A stretch of 64,000 bases of DNA from Antedon mediterranea (GCF_964355755.1 NC_092675.1:10101812-10165811), one strand, 5' to 3'. Shown: positions 13,689 through 28,894, counted from the stretch's first letter. Notes: generated from the sequence alone by a model not told the origin. Program-made: numbers and translations.

Positions 13689-16600
13689 ACTAAAATTATA
13701 AGGTAAAAACAACATTTCATATAGCAATAATAACAGTAATCAAAATTGAGAAATACACCGTATTAGTTAATTCACACAAAGGTTTACTCAGTTTCTGACG
13801 TCATTGGTGCGCATCAGGTGTCATTACACCCGACCTATTTGATATAACTACTATAACAAGAAAACGTCTAGATTCCTTCGCGATTACAAACGTCTGTATT
13901 AACTTTTATAAATCAATCCGCCCATAATATTTGAATACGATAAATGTAATCAATTATTTCATTGCATGTATTGTAATGTTTCTATTATCTTGAAATTTAA
14001 CCTTATTTTGTTTTTTTTTGTGTACTTTTTGTATCTTTCAATGTTTCTTGCGTTTCAGCGCATTCTTTCATTCACAAGGAAACACTTCTGTACTTTAAAA
14101 TAATATATTTACGATCAATTGACACCTCTGTGTTATTTTGTGTTACATCTTAAGGTACATTAGATTTAATCATCATTCTCACATCTTGTTTCAGAAAATT
14201 ACTCTACGCTAACGCCTTTCTTTTAAATGCTGATCATTACTTCATCGATAACAGAAATATGATCGTTTAAATTAGATTTTGTTGTCAGTTAATTCACAGT
14301 TTTCCTAAGTTTCGAGTGCATCACCTTCAATTATGATTTGTACAAGATCGACAAAATGAGAAACTCAACCCTGTCTAATTCGTTTAAGTCCATCTTTCAA
14401 TCTTTTGTCTGCGTCTTTCGATAGATTTGGCTCCTCGATCTTCCCTTAAGAATAGATGCAAAGCAAGTTGATGCAATGAATTCGTATCTCTAGAGACGAT
14501 AATTGAATTATTAAGCAGTCCCGCTAGAGCCACCAGCGGCGTACATGCTATAGTTCTGTTTAAGTGCACAAACACGCGAATTATAATCATAGTTGAAGGG
14601 TGTTAGCGCAACTCATATGATTTGCCGTGAAATTCTTTTGATGAAAACTAACGTTTGGGTAAGAGGATTATTTTCCTTGCTGTAATAAACAATTAAAATC
14701 AAAGATTATATTGCTAATAATCATGTAGGATAATTAAAGCTGATGTCATTAGCTAAATATTACTATTGCAGCTGACTTCGCCATAATTGCCTTTAATCCG
14801 TATGTGTTATAATTATTCATAAACATATTGCCGAAAAATTGACTTATCAACTAACACTCAAAACAATACAAGACTTATAATTGTACCACGCATGAATTTA
14901 CTTATTATGTGAATAATAATATTGTAATGCCTCTTATCCAAATTACAATACCCATTGTTTTCTTCGTTGTGTAGCTATTAACTCTATATTATATTCTTCA
15001 GATTCCCATTGTTTTTGCGCGTGGTATTTGATTTGTATTGACAACCCAAGTAATTTTAACGTTAATGTTTATACTTTTATTAGTTAAAACGACAAGTAAC
15101 AGAGTTGGCTTATGAATTAGTGACATCGTTATCTCTTATAATTAGTGAAAGGGAGAGAGAGAGTTGGTTTGAGAAATTAATAATAATAATAATAATATTA
15201 TGTTGTTTTAATTTAATTTTTTTTTTATTTATGGATAGTATCTTCATAAATATAATTCGATACCTTGTATTTGGATTTTCTGTTTTCATTAGGCCTATGA
15301 AGTGATGATATTTTTATTGTAAAAATATTAAAGCTGCATTTTCACCCCAAAAAAGGTAAATGTTGCAATTACCAAAAGTGTTCATACATACTTAATCTTA
15401 CAACGAATTTAGAAAATGATGCTTTTCAATATTTTCTAAATTCATTCCAAATATTTTAATATTAATATACGGTGTCGGTACGTCGGCCTACTAATAAAAC
15501 ATATTTTGTAATTACAGTTCAGTATGATTGTTTTGAAATCGGGTAGACCTTTCGATATTCTATTTGAATATTGTGTTTGTCATTAAAAGAAAAATCTGGT
15601 TCAATAATATTCATCTGATGAGTTAATTTACTTGCGAAGCCATTATTCTCATCCAATACCTGTTTAATGTGTATTTATTCTTACTCTATTTTATTTGTCC
15701 AAGAACAAGATCATGAAATTAGTCGCTATATTCGTTAATCTTACTAACAAACTTCCAATCTATTTGCTAGTGTCGATTACAAAGGCCAATCTACAGAGAG
15801 CATTAAATGTCTGTTATAATTTGTCGAAAGACGGGTCTCAATTGTTTATGCAAACATCATTGTGAGCATAGCCGTTTTTAACGTCGTTTCTTGACCAAAC
15901 ATGTTCGATCAATTGCTAGGCCACATTAATCAGTTTCAACACAGAATAATTCTAGGTTTTAACGGGTTTTAACTGTACTCTCGGAAACAAAATCAAACAC
16001 AAGTAACGAATATAAGAAGTGTTTGATAAGTGTGTATATATAGTGGTAGTTATTATAGTAACAACACGTTCAAAGGAGTTGATAGGTATAAGTCATTTCT
16101 TAAGTAAACCCTTTAGCCGGACTTTGATGGATTAGTGTAGTATTATGTGTAGTAAGTGATGTTTACTGTATTGTCCGTGTATGTAAACATTAAATACATT
16201 AGTTGATTTTGGTATAAGACTGAATGAACACTAATTACTGAACCAATAGTACATTCTATTTGCGTTCTTATATTTATGAGGTTGAATGAATGAATACCTT
16301 AAGGATCTGTCCAAAAAACTATTAGATATCCTCTCTATTTTTAATTATCGCATTTATGAGTACCGGTATTACTAAATAAAATATGTGCTATAAAAATGGT
16401 ATATATATAAAATAGACATATCTAGTTTTATGCCTTGTGTACAAACACATTGGCCATCAATCTGAGGCAAAGTGTTATAGAGTAGGCCTAAATTCATTTT
16501 ATGCAAAATTAGATTTTTCTTTATATATGTAAGTTTCAGTTTACTTTTATATTTTAAAGACTCAAAATTATTAGGCCTATATACATCTTAAGTCCGATTT

Positions 16601-18533
16601 AATTAATTTAAACCTTGAAATTGTATCAGCAAACTTGTAGTCAGTAATTGTCTAAGTAAGTGATAAATGGTGGCGCAATCCGATTTTCCAAAATTGCCAA
16701 CATTATTCGAGAAAAATTCCAGGGCAATAAAATCTATGATTTTAGCAGGTATTTCTATATATTGTTTAATATAATCCGACAATTCAGTCGTTTGGTACGA
16801 ATGACCAAAATAAAAAAAATGGAATAAGCAAACAATTGAATTACAGTAAATCATAAATAAAAAGAATTTATTAAACTCGGAATTCTTACTTAATATGAAG
16901 AATATTATTTAGTTGTTATTAATTTGTTTCCTTTTTAGGTATTAGTAAGGCGTATAAATGCAAACGGAAAAATGGAAACCTATTTAGTTATAAAAAAATA
17001 ATTTCGTTGAGTAAATCGCTCCAATGATATAATTGTTGTTATCATTACACATACCGCAAACATCTATCCCTATAATATTTTTTATGCACACATTGAATAA
17101 TATTTAGGGCCCATTATGCAATTTTAAAATGAAGAATGTTTATAATAATATCCTTCTACCCCCTAAAAAATGAAGATTAATATAAAAAAATTAAATTCAA
17201 TCAAAAACAATTTGCTTTAACATTTTTCCGATAAATACTTACGATCCACTTTTTGGTCAAAGTGATAACTATTATTTGACAAAAATGGCAACAAAAATAT
17301 ATAACAAAATCATTATATTTTGTTTAGTGGAAAAATATATCTTTACGAAGTTAAAATTTTGAATTCTAACTGTTTATAACACAAATACACAGACAACCTT
17401 ACCGTTCAATTTCACGATTTATGTTCTGATCCATGGTTGGCTAAAAGTACTCTGATCACACCTGTATGTGTACACGCTATCTGAGGGCACTAATCACACT
17501 CTAGGTAGTGTTGCACCTTTTTATTGACTTGCCGTTACCAATTAACATCTTCTAAGCTTCACGACTGTTCCATTCCATTAACAGGTAGGTGGGCCTACCG
17601 AATCCCACAATTCTTATGAAATGTAATAACATTTTTTTTAAATATATATTCAGTAATAAATGTCATAAAGCAAAGTACGAAAAAATGACAATGTTGTGTG
17701 TATCAAGGGGTGGACCACAAAGGAGATACAAAATAAAATAGCTAATATAAAAAGCTAAATAAAAACGATAAAGTAAACCAGTCAGAAAAATTAGCAGAGC
17801 TTTCGGGTAACATTGGTCTTTCATCAGTGCAAGCATGGATTAATTATTATTTGTTTGCATTTTTTGTTTCATTATGTGTTTTTTTTAATATTACAGAACA
17901 TAGCACTTTTGACATCGTATATAACTTGATGGATGTGTGTGAAATAATTAAAATGATCAAATTATTTACATTGCTATTCTTTGTATATCATAATATAAAC
18001 CAAATTCTAGTCAAATATTTTCATTAATTCCAAACTCTTACTATAGTTAACCTGCAGCTGTTTCCGCTAATAAATGCAGTTGCATATTTGTAACAACCCA
18101 GATGCCAACTCGTACAGAATTGAGCAGATGCAGTTAAATTTATTTATTTTTTTATGAATTCAAACAAGTGGTAACATACAACAATGCCACAATCAAACAA
18201 TTTCAATACAATCACTGTGCCAGAAATAATGCTTAAGTTTGGATAAGGAGTTTGAGAGGTATGAATGAAAATCTCCCTTTGGGTTGTTGCTTAATGAAAT
18301 ACGATTATTAATAAACCGATTGCTCGCTAAGAGGTGTGTATTAATACTATTGAGGTGTTTAAATTTGCCCCTAACATTTAGATTAGATTTAGATGATTGA
18401 CCTCATCGTTGATGATTAGATTTTTCAACAATCATTTTAAATAATTGACATTGTTTAGTAAAAATAATTCGAGGTAAACTATTATACAAAAGGTGTGATA
18501 TAAACGTGGAAATATCCATATAATGAAATAGAA

Positions 18534-18585
18534 GTTCATGTATAAGTTCATGTATAAGTTCATGTATAAGTTCATGTGTTCATGT
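18534..18585. repeat. Short 12-bp tandem repeat (GTTCATGTATAA)n, ~4 copies
   Basis: AAGTTCATGTAT repeated directly in the sequence. Confidence 0.8.
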
Positions 18586-21500
18586 AACGCTATATGTCAT
18601 AACTTTAAAAAAAACTATGATGTCATAACTTTGATGTCTAACTAACTATGATTCGGTTTAACATGAACATTTTCACAATAATAATATTATTGAAAATGTG
18701 TTCGAGCACGGATAATGCACTATGTATACAGGCTCTCATGGGAACGGTGAACTAATTAATATCTACAACTCATTTGTTTTTAAGAGGGAGTCATAATTAT
18801 AGAAGATTTTGATAACATTTTAGTTAATTTTTTTTTTATGAAGTTTTATAATCATACGAAGCCAAATGAAATTATTTGAACATTTTAGTTAATGTTATCT
18901 ATTTAAAAAAAGAAACGAAACTAAGTTTATCCGACTCTCAAAAATTGTTTTGAAGCTTTAAACATTAAGTGTCTAAAGGTGATACATGAAACTTATCAAA
19001 TTTTATTAATACAAATAATTATTTCAATATATGTAATTGTCTTTTATTTTGGACGCTTTAAAATCGTATTCCATCAATGGGCGGGCCTCCTTGACCGTCT
19101 TTTAAGAATAGAGTATTTAATTATCATCCCACTTATATCAACTAATTTTTGTCATTTCATAGACTAAGCGGAGACATACAAAACTGTTAAAACCCTCAAC
19201 CTTGGACAAATATGTCCGTATTTGCTTTTTAAATCTCATTTAAAAACATTTTCACGTATACATCTTATTGCTTATGTTAAATAAATTAGGCTTGTACTTA
19301 TATAAAAAATAAGTCAAGTTTTGCACAGTGATTTTGGAAACTGGATAAAGAATTAAAGAAACATTTTTTTTTTCTTTCGGAAAATAAATTTTAAAAATCT
19401 CTCCCTTTCAAATTTAGTTTTGCAGTTTGCGATTTCAACTACCACTAATATAATTGTTGAACAATTATTTCCAATTACAGTATAAATTTAATTCTTTTTT
19501 AATACATTCTTTTTGTTTATTGTATACTTGAGCTACCTGGTGTAATTGTAGCGCACCTATTTTGCTTTAATTCCTAACATAGGAAAGTGTATTAATAGAA
19601 CCATAGGTCTGATGGATCTGAAGGCGCTCACGCAACCCCTACCATAATTGTTATCAATAACTTTGAAACGATGTAACAGTTAACAAAAATATGATATGAT
19701 TATTGATGAATCAAATTTCGTCTTAAAATCTTTTAAAAGTATAATTACCAATAATTGAATACTCTTCTGAATTTACCCAGTCAGTAAGTCTACATTTGAA
19801 GATTTCAATCAATCAAATTTATTTTCGACTACCTTCAACGTTTGTAGTTTCTTTTCAAAGCGAGAAAATGAGATGATATGCGTGATAGAATACAAAAGTG
19901 AACAAGTGATGGTTGGTCTCTGATTTTATAACAGTTACATTAATGGTTAGGCCTATTTGCTGTGCTTTTGTTAAAATTATCGATTATCATTTGAAGTACT
20001 TAGGACCTCCTCTACATTTAAAGCAGTTTTTGTTCTGTTCAGATGACTTGAGCTATTAATATAATACTTTCTTACATGCAACAGTTCTTAATGATTCGTT
20101 TATCGTGAAATAATTATATCTTTATTGAATAATTATTTGATTGACTTGCAAAAAGAAATCAGAAACGCTTTCAGGTAAGTAATAGCGAAAATAATCAATA
20201 TAATATGGTCGTCCATCAGCGAAATGCATTTATATGAGAGTTAAGTTCTGAGTGTATACTCAAACACACAATAAAAGGTCAATTAAACAATTGTCAAATA
20301 GTTGTGATGCAAATTGATTACTAAATTTGATAATGATCTGATTCAATAATTTAAAGGACGTCATTAAGGGAACTCTACCATAATGATTGAGAAACTGTGA
20401 TAGAGCCATGATTCTGGCTCGATTAAGATTATTGATGATTTTTAAAACGGTTCTTCTGACGAGAACACCTTTTACAATTTTAACCAAACCATATCATCTT
20501 TTGTACTTTACGTAAAACTATTTAGTTGGTTCCTCTAGATACTTTTTAAATTTTGTAACAGTGGGTTATTTTAAACATTCTCTATCTAAAACTACCGGTA
20601 ATTGTTAAGAAATTATTTAAAATAATAAAAACAATTAAAATTCATTTAGTTTAACAATTCATTAAAAAAATCAACTGGGTTTAAACGCTGCTAAAGGGTT
20701 TCCACAGTCTACAACAGTCAAAATACAAAATATGAAATTAACTTTCATAAAATTACATTGAATAAACTATAATTGTATAAAATTATATCAAATAATAAAT
20801 TTAAATTCATCAATATAAAAATGATGATGAGTATATTTAATTTTAAAAATTAAAAAAAATAATCGGGGGTTTTTATACATTTATAAGCATTTATTTTCTT
20901 CTGGGATTTCCCTCTTTCCATTCATTTTTTTCTTTGTATTATGCTGCTTATTTGTGTATGTTTTTTTAAAAATGGTAATAAAGAAATATAAAGAACATAA
21001 TATACTCGCTGGGATATATTTCTAACGTATTTTTATCAAGCATTTGTTTAAGTTTATAAATGGCAAACTGTTCTAAAATTCTCAACACAAAATACATTCT
21101 AATTTCCATTTTTGAAAGTAACAATTTACGTAGGACAAATATTTACCTTTCTTCCTGCGTCATAGACTGATCCTAGTATTAAGTATTTTATAAGTGATAT
21201 ATTGTTTGAACGAGGTTCTTGTTTTGTATGGGATTTTAGTATTATACCAGATTCGAGATCCGGAAAGACAATCCAATAATTCCAAGATTATGCTGAATAA
21301 AAAGAATATACAATTCTGCTGTTTTTGTATTTTTTTAATCTTTAGCCAAACTTTCTATATTGTATTTATTTAAGATCATCTTAAAGATAAGTTTAAGTAT
21401 TTGAAATAATTTATGATATAGCTTTTCTATTCAAATGTTATAATACCGCATAAATATGGATATTATTCAGACATATTTACAATGTCATTGTTTCCACTCA

Positions 21501-24500
21501 GACCTAAACAACAATTGTTTGTTTAACTTGTGCTGTAAATTAATTGAAAATTGATTGGCACTGTGGTTGCCACACGAACAGTGTTCTCCCAGGCTACCTA
21601 AATTACATGAGTTGTTACAAATTAATCCGTTTGGTAAAAGACTGATTAATTATTAAACAATAACCGCAATCAGTCGTTTAGTGGCAAAGTCAAAAACAAC
21701 TTAACGGTTATTGGAAAATTCAACGTGAAACAAAGGAGACGATCTTATCCCGAATTCACCGTTGCTGAACTAATAAAACCTGTTACTGTATTAAAAAGAA
21801 AACGAAAGTTTATTTAATATTTCAAATTTGTTGTAATTAGTTAAACAAAGGCATATCAGAGACACATTTCGCTTGTAACTTGTTGATTTAAACAATTGAT
21901 ATCACATCGGTAAAGAAAAACATGTAATTAATTCGCATTGTTTGTGGACTATAGTATTAATTATGTATTGTGTCTAGTAATTTTTATCAATATTTGTAAC
22001 TGGTATTGTACAAAAAGATCAATCATTCAGGATTCAATAGATCATGTATTATTTCTTCATGTGCTCAACGCGTTTGCTGTAAATCCATCCATGTTTCCGA
22101 AAGTATTTTTCACGTGATCTTTTTTTGTTGTATTGGTCTGTTGGAACTTACATACAATTTTGTTTTTCTTTGTTTAAAAAAAACGGAATGTAGGCCTATT
22201 CAGCACAATAATATCCATCAATAAATTCAAACATCATATAATATATAAATTTACTGTTGTCTATCATAGGTAATTCATTGATAACCGTGGAGCTATAATT
22301 TAATAGTTCCATTATGGTATTATAGTTATAAAACATGATTATGATTGTATACAACTTAAACTCGTTGTCATATGACATCTTTCTTATGACGATAGTAGGC
22401 CGGTTATATCGTTATCTATAAAAGTGAATTAATTCGTTTGAAGTGTAAACATTTAAAACCAAAATCAGTTCTTAATAAATCTTTCTTTGTGCTTAAAAGT
22501 ACTTAACAATTCACCACAACGCCTCCAGTCTCTCTTAAGCCTTGTTTTTAGACAATATTATTTTGTAAACAATAACGCCATTTATAATAATCATTCTAAT
22601 TTTAAGTGGAAATATAATAAGACAATTTTGTAGAAATCAAAGCACTGCGCTCACCTTGTCAAGATAGGAACTATAGTAATAATATGCGCGCTTGATTGCG
22701 ACAAATACTGAATGTACACGTATTATATTCTCCGTGGCGGCCGCACGCCATATCTGTTAAGGGGAGGAACTGATCGTGCCGCACCTACAGATAAACCTTC
22801 GATCTCGGAGCTCAGCATCTTATTAGATTACCTTGTTAAAACCAATGATTTGACAATCCAAGCTACGCTACGTTACAATCGTTTTTTTGTTAAAGACTCA
22901 AATACAAGTTAATACATTAAATTATTTTTATTTATTTTAGTTAACTGGACACTTACTTGAACTTGCAGTCCCATTTCAAAATTTAATCTAATATAATATT
23001 GGTCCCTATGTGGTATGGTGAAATATTATATCAATGAAAATATGAATTTGATACAATAATAAAGCAATAACATTTACAATTATAGAAAAATGTACAAAAA
23101 AAAAAGATTTAAAAATCAATGCGTTTACAAAAAACACATAACCCCAATTAAATTAAAGGCAGAAGCAAATAAAAAAAGAGCAAAAAAAACCCCCAAAAAA
23201 CAAACACAATTTATTACATAATAATAAATCGGTGTGTAGATAATAAAGCACTGGTGAGTTATAAGCCAAACACCCACGTGTTTATCCAATCTTAAAGTCT
23301 TTCTGAAAGTGTTCTTAGATTTCAGTTCACCATACTCTAGGCTTAGAATGGAAATCCTCCTGTAGAGATTTGATAGAAATTGTTGAGACTGAATACAATG
23401 CGAAGAAAGTTCACGTTACAAGCATACATCATATAGCATGCATGGTATGGATTGCTATTACGTTTGGTGAGATAATACCTCAGATTTTGACTTTTGTTGA
23501 CACAGAGATTATTTGAAGCTTAAACTTATTTTGGCAAATCTCGTCTGAAAAAAGCGCAAAAGTAACGTGGTTTACACGACGAATGAAATAAGTAGATTGA
23601 ACAATTTAAAAAGAGAAGTCGATAAAATAAACTATGTTGGTAATTTACACCATGTTAATTCAGAAGTTTCTCACTATTACACTATGTTTTCTTTTATAGC
23701 CTTTTGTTTCGGGAACAGCAGCTTATATCGCTAGGGAGTTTACTTTTAAATGATGTTGTATCATATTTCATGTATAAAAGAACTTTGGATGTGCAGAATT
23801 ATAAGGTGAATAGTTTTAGAAACTGCCAATCATCACGATTGTACAACTCTAGGCTTACTGTGATGCTTATACTGTTTAAAGATTACATTTGGATGACCTC
23901 CGTACTAGACCATGACCAGCTAAAACTATAGTTTTATATATACATGTAGACAACTTCGCTCGCGTACCATCTAGGTCGTGTCCACAGATGGTTCTCGAAT
24001 ACACAGTAATTTCAGCGTCAAAAAACTGGCGATTTCAAATGTACGTACCGCAGGACTATGAATACATTGTCGTTTTCAGAAACGAATAAATAGACACGAT
24101 GATTAATGTGTGTCTAGAATTAGCACTCTGGGAATCAGACCTACTTCCGAAGGAATAAGTCCAACTTTTTTATTTGAACTCATTTAAACAAACACAATTT
24201 GTGTTTTGTATATAAAATCAGAGTTGAGGGATGGGGAAGAGGGGGAAGAACAATTCATTTTAAATATATTCTTTATCCACTCAGTAACGAAATATTGTTT
24301 TAAATGTTTTAAAGGCCTATCAATAATATAACACTAAACACAGTAAAACATTAACGATTTAATACTTTTTTAAAACTGTCCCTGTTATAGTCGATTGAAA
24401 TAGTAAAGTACATGTAACGATACACTACGAAATTTATATTTTGTATAATTATCAATTAATACAAACGTTGAGAAGCAACTGTCAGTAATAAAGTTTTTAT

Positions 24501-25063
24501 TTGTATATGTATATTTATATGTGTTTATATATCCAGCAGTAGAGCCACCCACAGTCACAGTAATAAATGTTCTTTGTATATGTGTTTATATACAGTAACC
24601 ACATTCACAGTAAGGAATATTTCGATTCAAATGGCGACCAAAAATGGTTAATACGTATTTACAATATTGTCAAAGTATTGCAATACTATATCTCAGTTGT
24701 AAGTTTATTCTCCAAGGGCCCATCAATTTACCTACTTGTGTTAAACCAAGGGCTCATAAAATTACCTACAAACTGGTAGTCTGAGAGATTGGAATGTTCC
24801 ATTCATAGCAAATCAATAGTAATACAGTAGTGGATAACTATTATATATGTGACATATGTGGCATATTCAGCAAAAACTTTTTTTTTTCAGGGGAAAATAA
24901 ATTTGTAATTGTTATGCAGTAGTATCTATTCATTTTGATTGCCTACTGTACTCATTATCAATAATATAAATTTAATATCAATACCAAGTGAACAACATGT
25001 ACTGTTTAAGACAACTAAACAAGTTCAGTGTAAATAATAGGCCTAATATTTTGATTACATTAC

Positions 25064-25472
25064 ATGAGGATGTCTGGTTTGTGTCAGCAGTCGGTGGCTT
25101 CAGTTTATTGCGAGAACCTGGACAGGCTTTTTGGGATGGTGTTGAGGGATGAAAGTCATCCTGTGAATTCCGTTTTAGGCAGTCTCAGGAGTGCTCGTAG
25201 TGGAAGATTGCGATCCGCGGCTGCTGACACAAACCGATATCTTTTCTCCTTTCTGCCCACAGGTATCAGGAGACATCAGCGACATTCAACCAGATGAGCA
25301 CCATGAAATAATACTATGTAATATGTTCTTGTTGTGAGTTTTTAATATTGGTATTGTTGTATTGTCATGTTATTTTATATATTGTAATTATGATGTATTT
25401 GAAGACGAGCAATGTAAATTTTCTCCTTGTGGGAACGAATAAAGATTATACTTGATACTTGATACTTGATAC
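25064..25472 (+). mobile_element. 5'-truncated LINE 3' end (CR1/L2/Rex group)
   Basis: ORF 25064-25297 ...LRDESHPVN...RSGRLRSAAADTNRYLFSFLPTGIR resembles the same ORF2 C-terminal motif (HP...SGR.R...R...SF.P..IR). AATAAA followed by an (ATACTTG)n tail at 25438-25472. Confidence 0.75.
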
Positions 25473-25884
25473 ATGTTGCCCGCGAGAGACGACGAGTAGG
25501 TCCGATTATAGTTCCATGGTTTCGACATAGATTTGTGTAATAGTGCCCTCTATCTTTTCATGATCTAGGCCTACCAAAGATATATCACAAGAATGAGTAT
25601 TCCGCGATTTTTGCATGAGAAATTTGTAACAGAGAGCTCCAGTGAGTGATGCCCGCCCTCATAAGGGCGGATGTATACATACTAAATAAGACTTGATTTA
25701 ATAGACATGATACATGTCACATTAAATAGAATTATGATGATAGTTTTTGCAATTGTAAACTATTTTATAATACATATTTATTAACAAACTAGTGTTTATT
25801 CACTTTTACAGACAATTATTTACTAACATGCTAAGTTGGGCCTACTTACTGTTGTAGGCCTAGGCCTAGGGGATTACGGTCGCA

Positions 25885-26645
25885 ATGCAATACTGTATAA
25901 AGATTTGATGTAAATTAGATATAAATATTCGGCTATACCGTACGTAAATTATTATTGCAATACTGTATAAAGATTTGATGTAAATGAGATATAAAGATTC
26001 GGCAATACCGTACGTAAATTATTAATGCAGTACTGTATAAAGATTCGATAGTATGTAAATGAGATATAAATATACGGCAATACCGTACGTAAATTATTAA
26101 TGCAATACTGTATAAAGACTCGATAGTATGTAAATGAGATATAAAGATTCGGCAATACCTTAATAGTACGTAAATTATTATTGCAATACTGTAAAAAGAT
26201 TCTATGAGATACAAGGATTCAGCAATACCGTACGTAAATTATTAATGCAATACTGTATAAGGATTCGATAGTAAATGAGATATAAATATTCGGCAATACC
26301 GTACGTAAATTATTATATTGCAATACTGTAAAAAGATTCGATAGTATGTAAATGAGATATAAAGATTCGGCAATACCGTACGTAAATTATTATTGCAATA
26401 CTGTATGAAGATTCGATAGTATGTAAATGAGATATAAATATTCGGCAATACCGTACGTAAATTATTATATTGCAATACTGTAAAAAGATTCGATAGTATG
26501 TAAATGAGATATAAAGATTCGGCAATACCGTACGTAAATTATTATTGCAATACTGTATGAAGATTCGATAGTATGTAAATGAGATATAAATATTCGCCAA
26601 TACCGTACGTAAATTATTAATGCAATACTGTATAAAGATTCGATA
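25885..26645. repeat. ~75-bp minisatellite, ~10 copies, with internal sub-repeats
   Basis: TGCAATACTG recurs at 26319, 26394, 26471, 26546 and 26621 (periods 75/77 bp). The overlapping repetitive ORFs in the track reflect this array. Confidence 0.95.
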
Positions 26646-27292
26646 GGAGAGTGCTCAAGAAACGTCGGGTCAAGAGGATAAAATAAACAAATAAATAAAT
26701 AGTACGTAATAAATGAGACATAGAGGTTCAATAGTATGTAGATTATGATGCAAACGTAAATTATTAATGATTCGATAATATATAATGTAAATATATTTAG
26801 TTAGTTATTAATATTAAAATACAAATAAAATATACATTAATTTATCCGCAGGCAAACTTAATTATTATAGAAATATAAAGATTCGATAGTACATGATTTG
26901 GCTTATATTTATTTGTTTGACCATACACACAGCTGTAACTCAACTCGCCATAGGCCATGGCGTTGACAACGACAATCAAAGATTAAAGCGCACATGGCGT
27001 TCCATACAAATGACGATATTAAACTGGCGGCCGCTTTGGTTGGCGGCCGCTTCGACCATACTCCGGCCTAGGTAGGCCACCACATGTCAGTTGTCATTTT
27101 AAGAAGCATGCAGAGAGTGATGCAGCTTGGCCCATCCATTACATTAACTTTTTGTGTAAGCCTTGACCTGGTAGGTTATACTAGGCTGGCCTAAGTAATA
27201 AAAATGACAGATTATTGACTTAAGCGTTGTAATTTAAGCCTACTAACTAGAGGCCTAAGCTAGCCTATCTATATATAGGTAGGCCTAGGCCT

Positions 27293-28111
27293 GGGATATG
27301 ACCGGTTGGGCCGCCGACAAGTTGAGCCGCCGGTAATTTCTATGAAACGCCCAGTGCGTCTTTTACGACATTTCGCGTAGTGATAGAGGGGTGTCCTAGT
27401 ACATAAGTTCATGGTCTTTAGGTTTATTGTGTCATGAAAATAAATAATAATTACATACTACAATTTTGTCGGTTTGAACCGCCATAACAACACAGCAAAG
27501 GAAAGTAGTAATATTTAATAATTTAATTGTTTTTAATCTTTCAAGGTAAAAATGCAGTGCACTCCATAATATTTTTCTCGCGTAAAATCACGTTGTCTCT
27601 CATGACTAATAGAGTATTGATACTCTTCGAATGAGGTTAAATAATTATTGTTTTTTATCTACTATCTTTTAATAATAATATCATATTTTATTGAATTTTA
27701 CAATGTTAATACACAAAATATTTTACTAAAAAACGGTGATTTTATGCAATTATTTTACCGAAAAATGGAGTAGGCCTAGTTCATACAACTGCCGCCTAAG
27801 GGGGCAACATGTTTACGTCATTTTTGGCTAAAAACGATCATTTTCGGTCATGTTTTAGGCCTTATATTTTGGAATCTACAAGTCAGATATTCATAATTAT
27901 TTCTCTTTAATTATAATATTTAATAATATATACTAAAAACCGTGATATATAAACTTTGGAATATACATCGTTATATCTAATAATTAATATAAATAGAACT
28001 TCTATTAAATAGAAACGAGCACCGGCGAAAGTAAGCATTTGGCGTTTCATAGAAAATAACGTTTTTCTGGCGGCGGCTCAACTTGTCGGCGGCTCAACTT
28101 GGCCTAATCCC
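27293..28111 (+). mobile_element. MULE-like non-autonomous element (819 bp), copy 1
   Basis: GGGAT...ATCCC termini, subterminal AAGTTGAGCCGCCG repeats in inverted arrangement, flanking duplication (C)TAGGCCT. Reverse complement of 32894-33712. Confidence 0.85.
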
Positions 28112-28471
28112 TAGGCCTAGCTAAGCTAGTAGGCCCTCCTTCCTACCTAGCCTAGACAGGTAGGCCTAGGCCTACTAGGCATAGTACTACTAGGCTAGGT
28201 AGGCCTAGAAATATAGGCTAGGCCTACCTACTAGCAAGGCATACATGATGAGGCTAGGCCTAGATTAGAGTAGTGAGTAGCAGTGGTAGTGGGTTGGGTA
28301 GCCATACCTGCCAACATTTAAGACTTCCAAATCGGTAGTTATGTAATGTATTAGTAGGATGATTGAATGACACCACCTTGGCCGCCTGCTTGCCCCCCGG
28401 AGGGGCCTTCGGCCCTCGAAAAAATTTGTTTTCTGACATTTAAACAAAGAGATTTTGGGACCGTTATCGTT

Positions 28472-28894
28472 AACGATTCGGCCCACTTTTGGGCCGAAAC
28501 ATCCCCCTTTGTGGGCCGAAACGTCTCACTTTAGACCAAATTCATATTAATTTTTTTTGGTATTTATCAAGTTTTTAAAGGTGTTTTAACAATCCGTATT
28601 TTATTGATATCGACAATGTTGATATAATATATATAATATTTAATAAATTACTAAAAAAACGTAAATTTACATTCAATTTATTACTTCGAAAACCTTGTTT
28701 ATTTCGTGCATTTGCCAAGCGGCCAACAGAGGGCGTAACTTGTTTACATCGTTAACGTGACTAAAAAATGATCATTTTTGACAATGTTTTCAAAATGTCT
28801 TTATAGTCTCGGGCCGAATCGTCCCAGGGCCGAATCGTCCCGGGCCGAATCGTCTCAGGGCCGTATCGTCTCAGGGCCGAATCTTCCCGTTACC
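28472..28894 (+). mobile_element. MULE-like MITE with GGGCCGAA(T/A)CG subterminal repeats
   Basis: Multiple GGGCCGAATCGTC repeats at both ends, imperfect flanking duplication GTTATCGTT/GTTATCATT. Homologous inverted copy at 55059-55529. Confidence 0.75.

Noticed and set aside
25933-26731. Several overlapping 67-95-aa ORFs with repeated peptides
   Set aside because: They are by-products of the 75-bp minisatellite; no splice or domain support.
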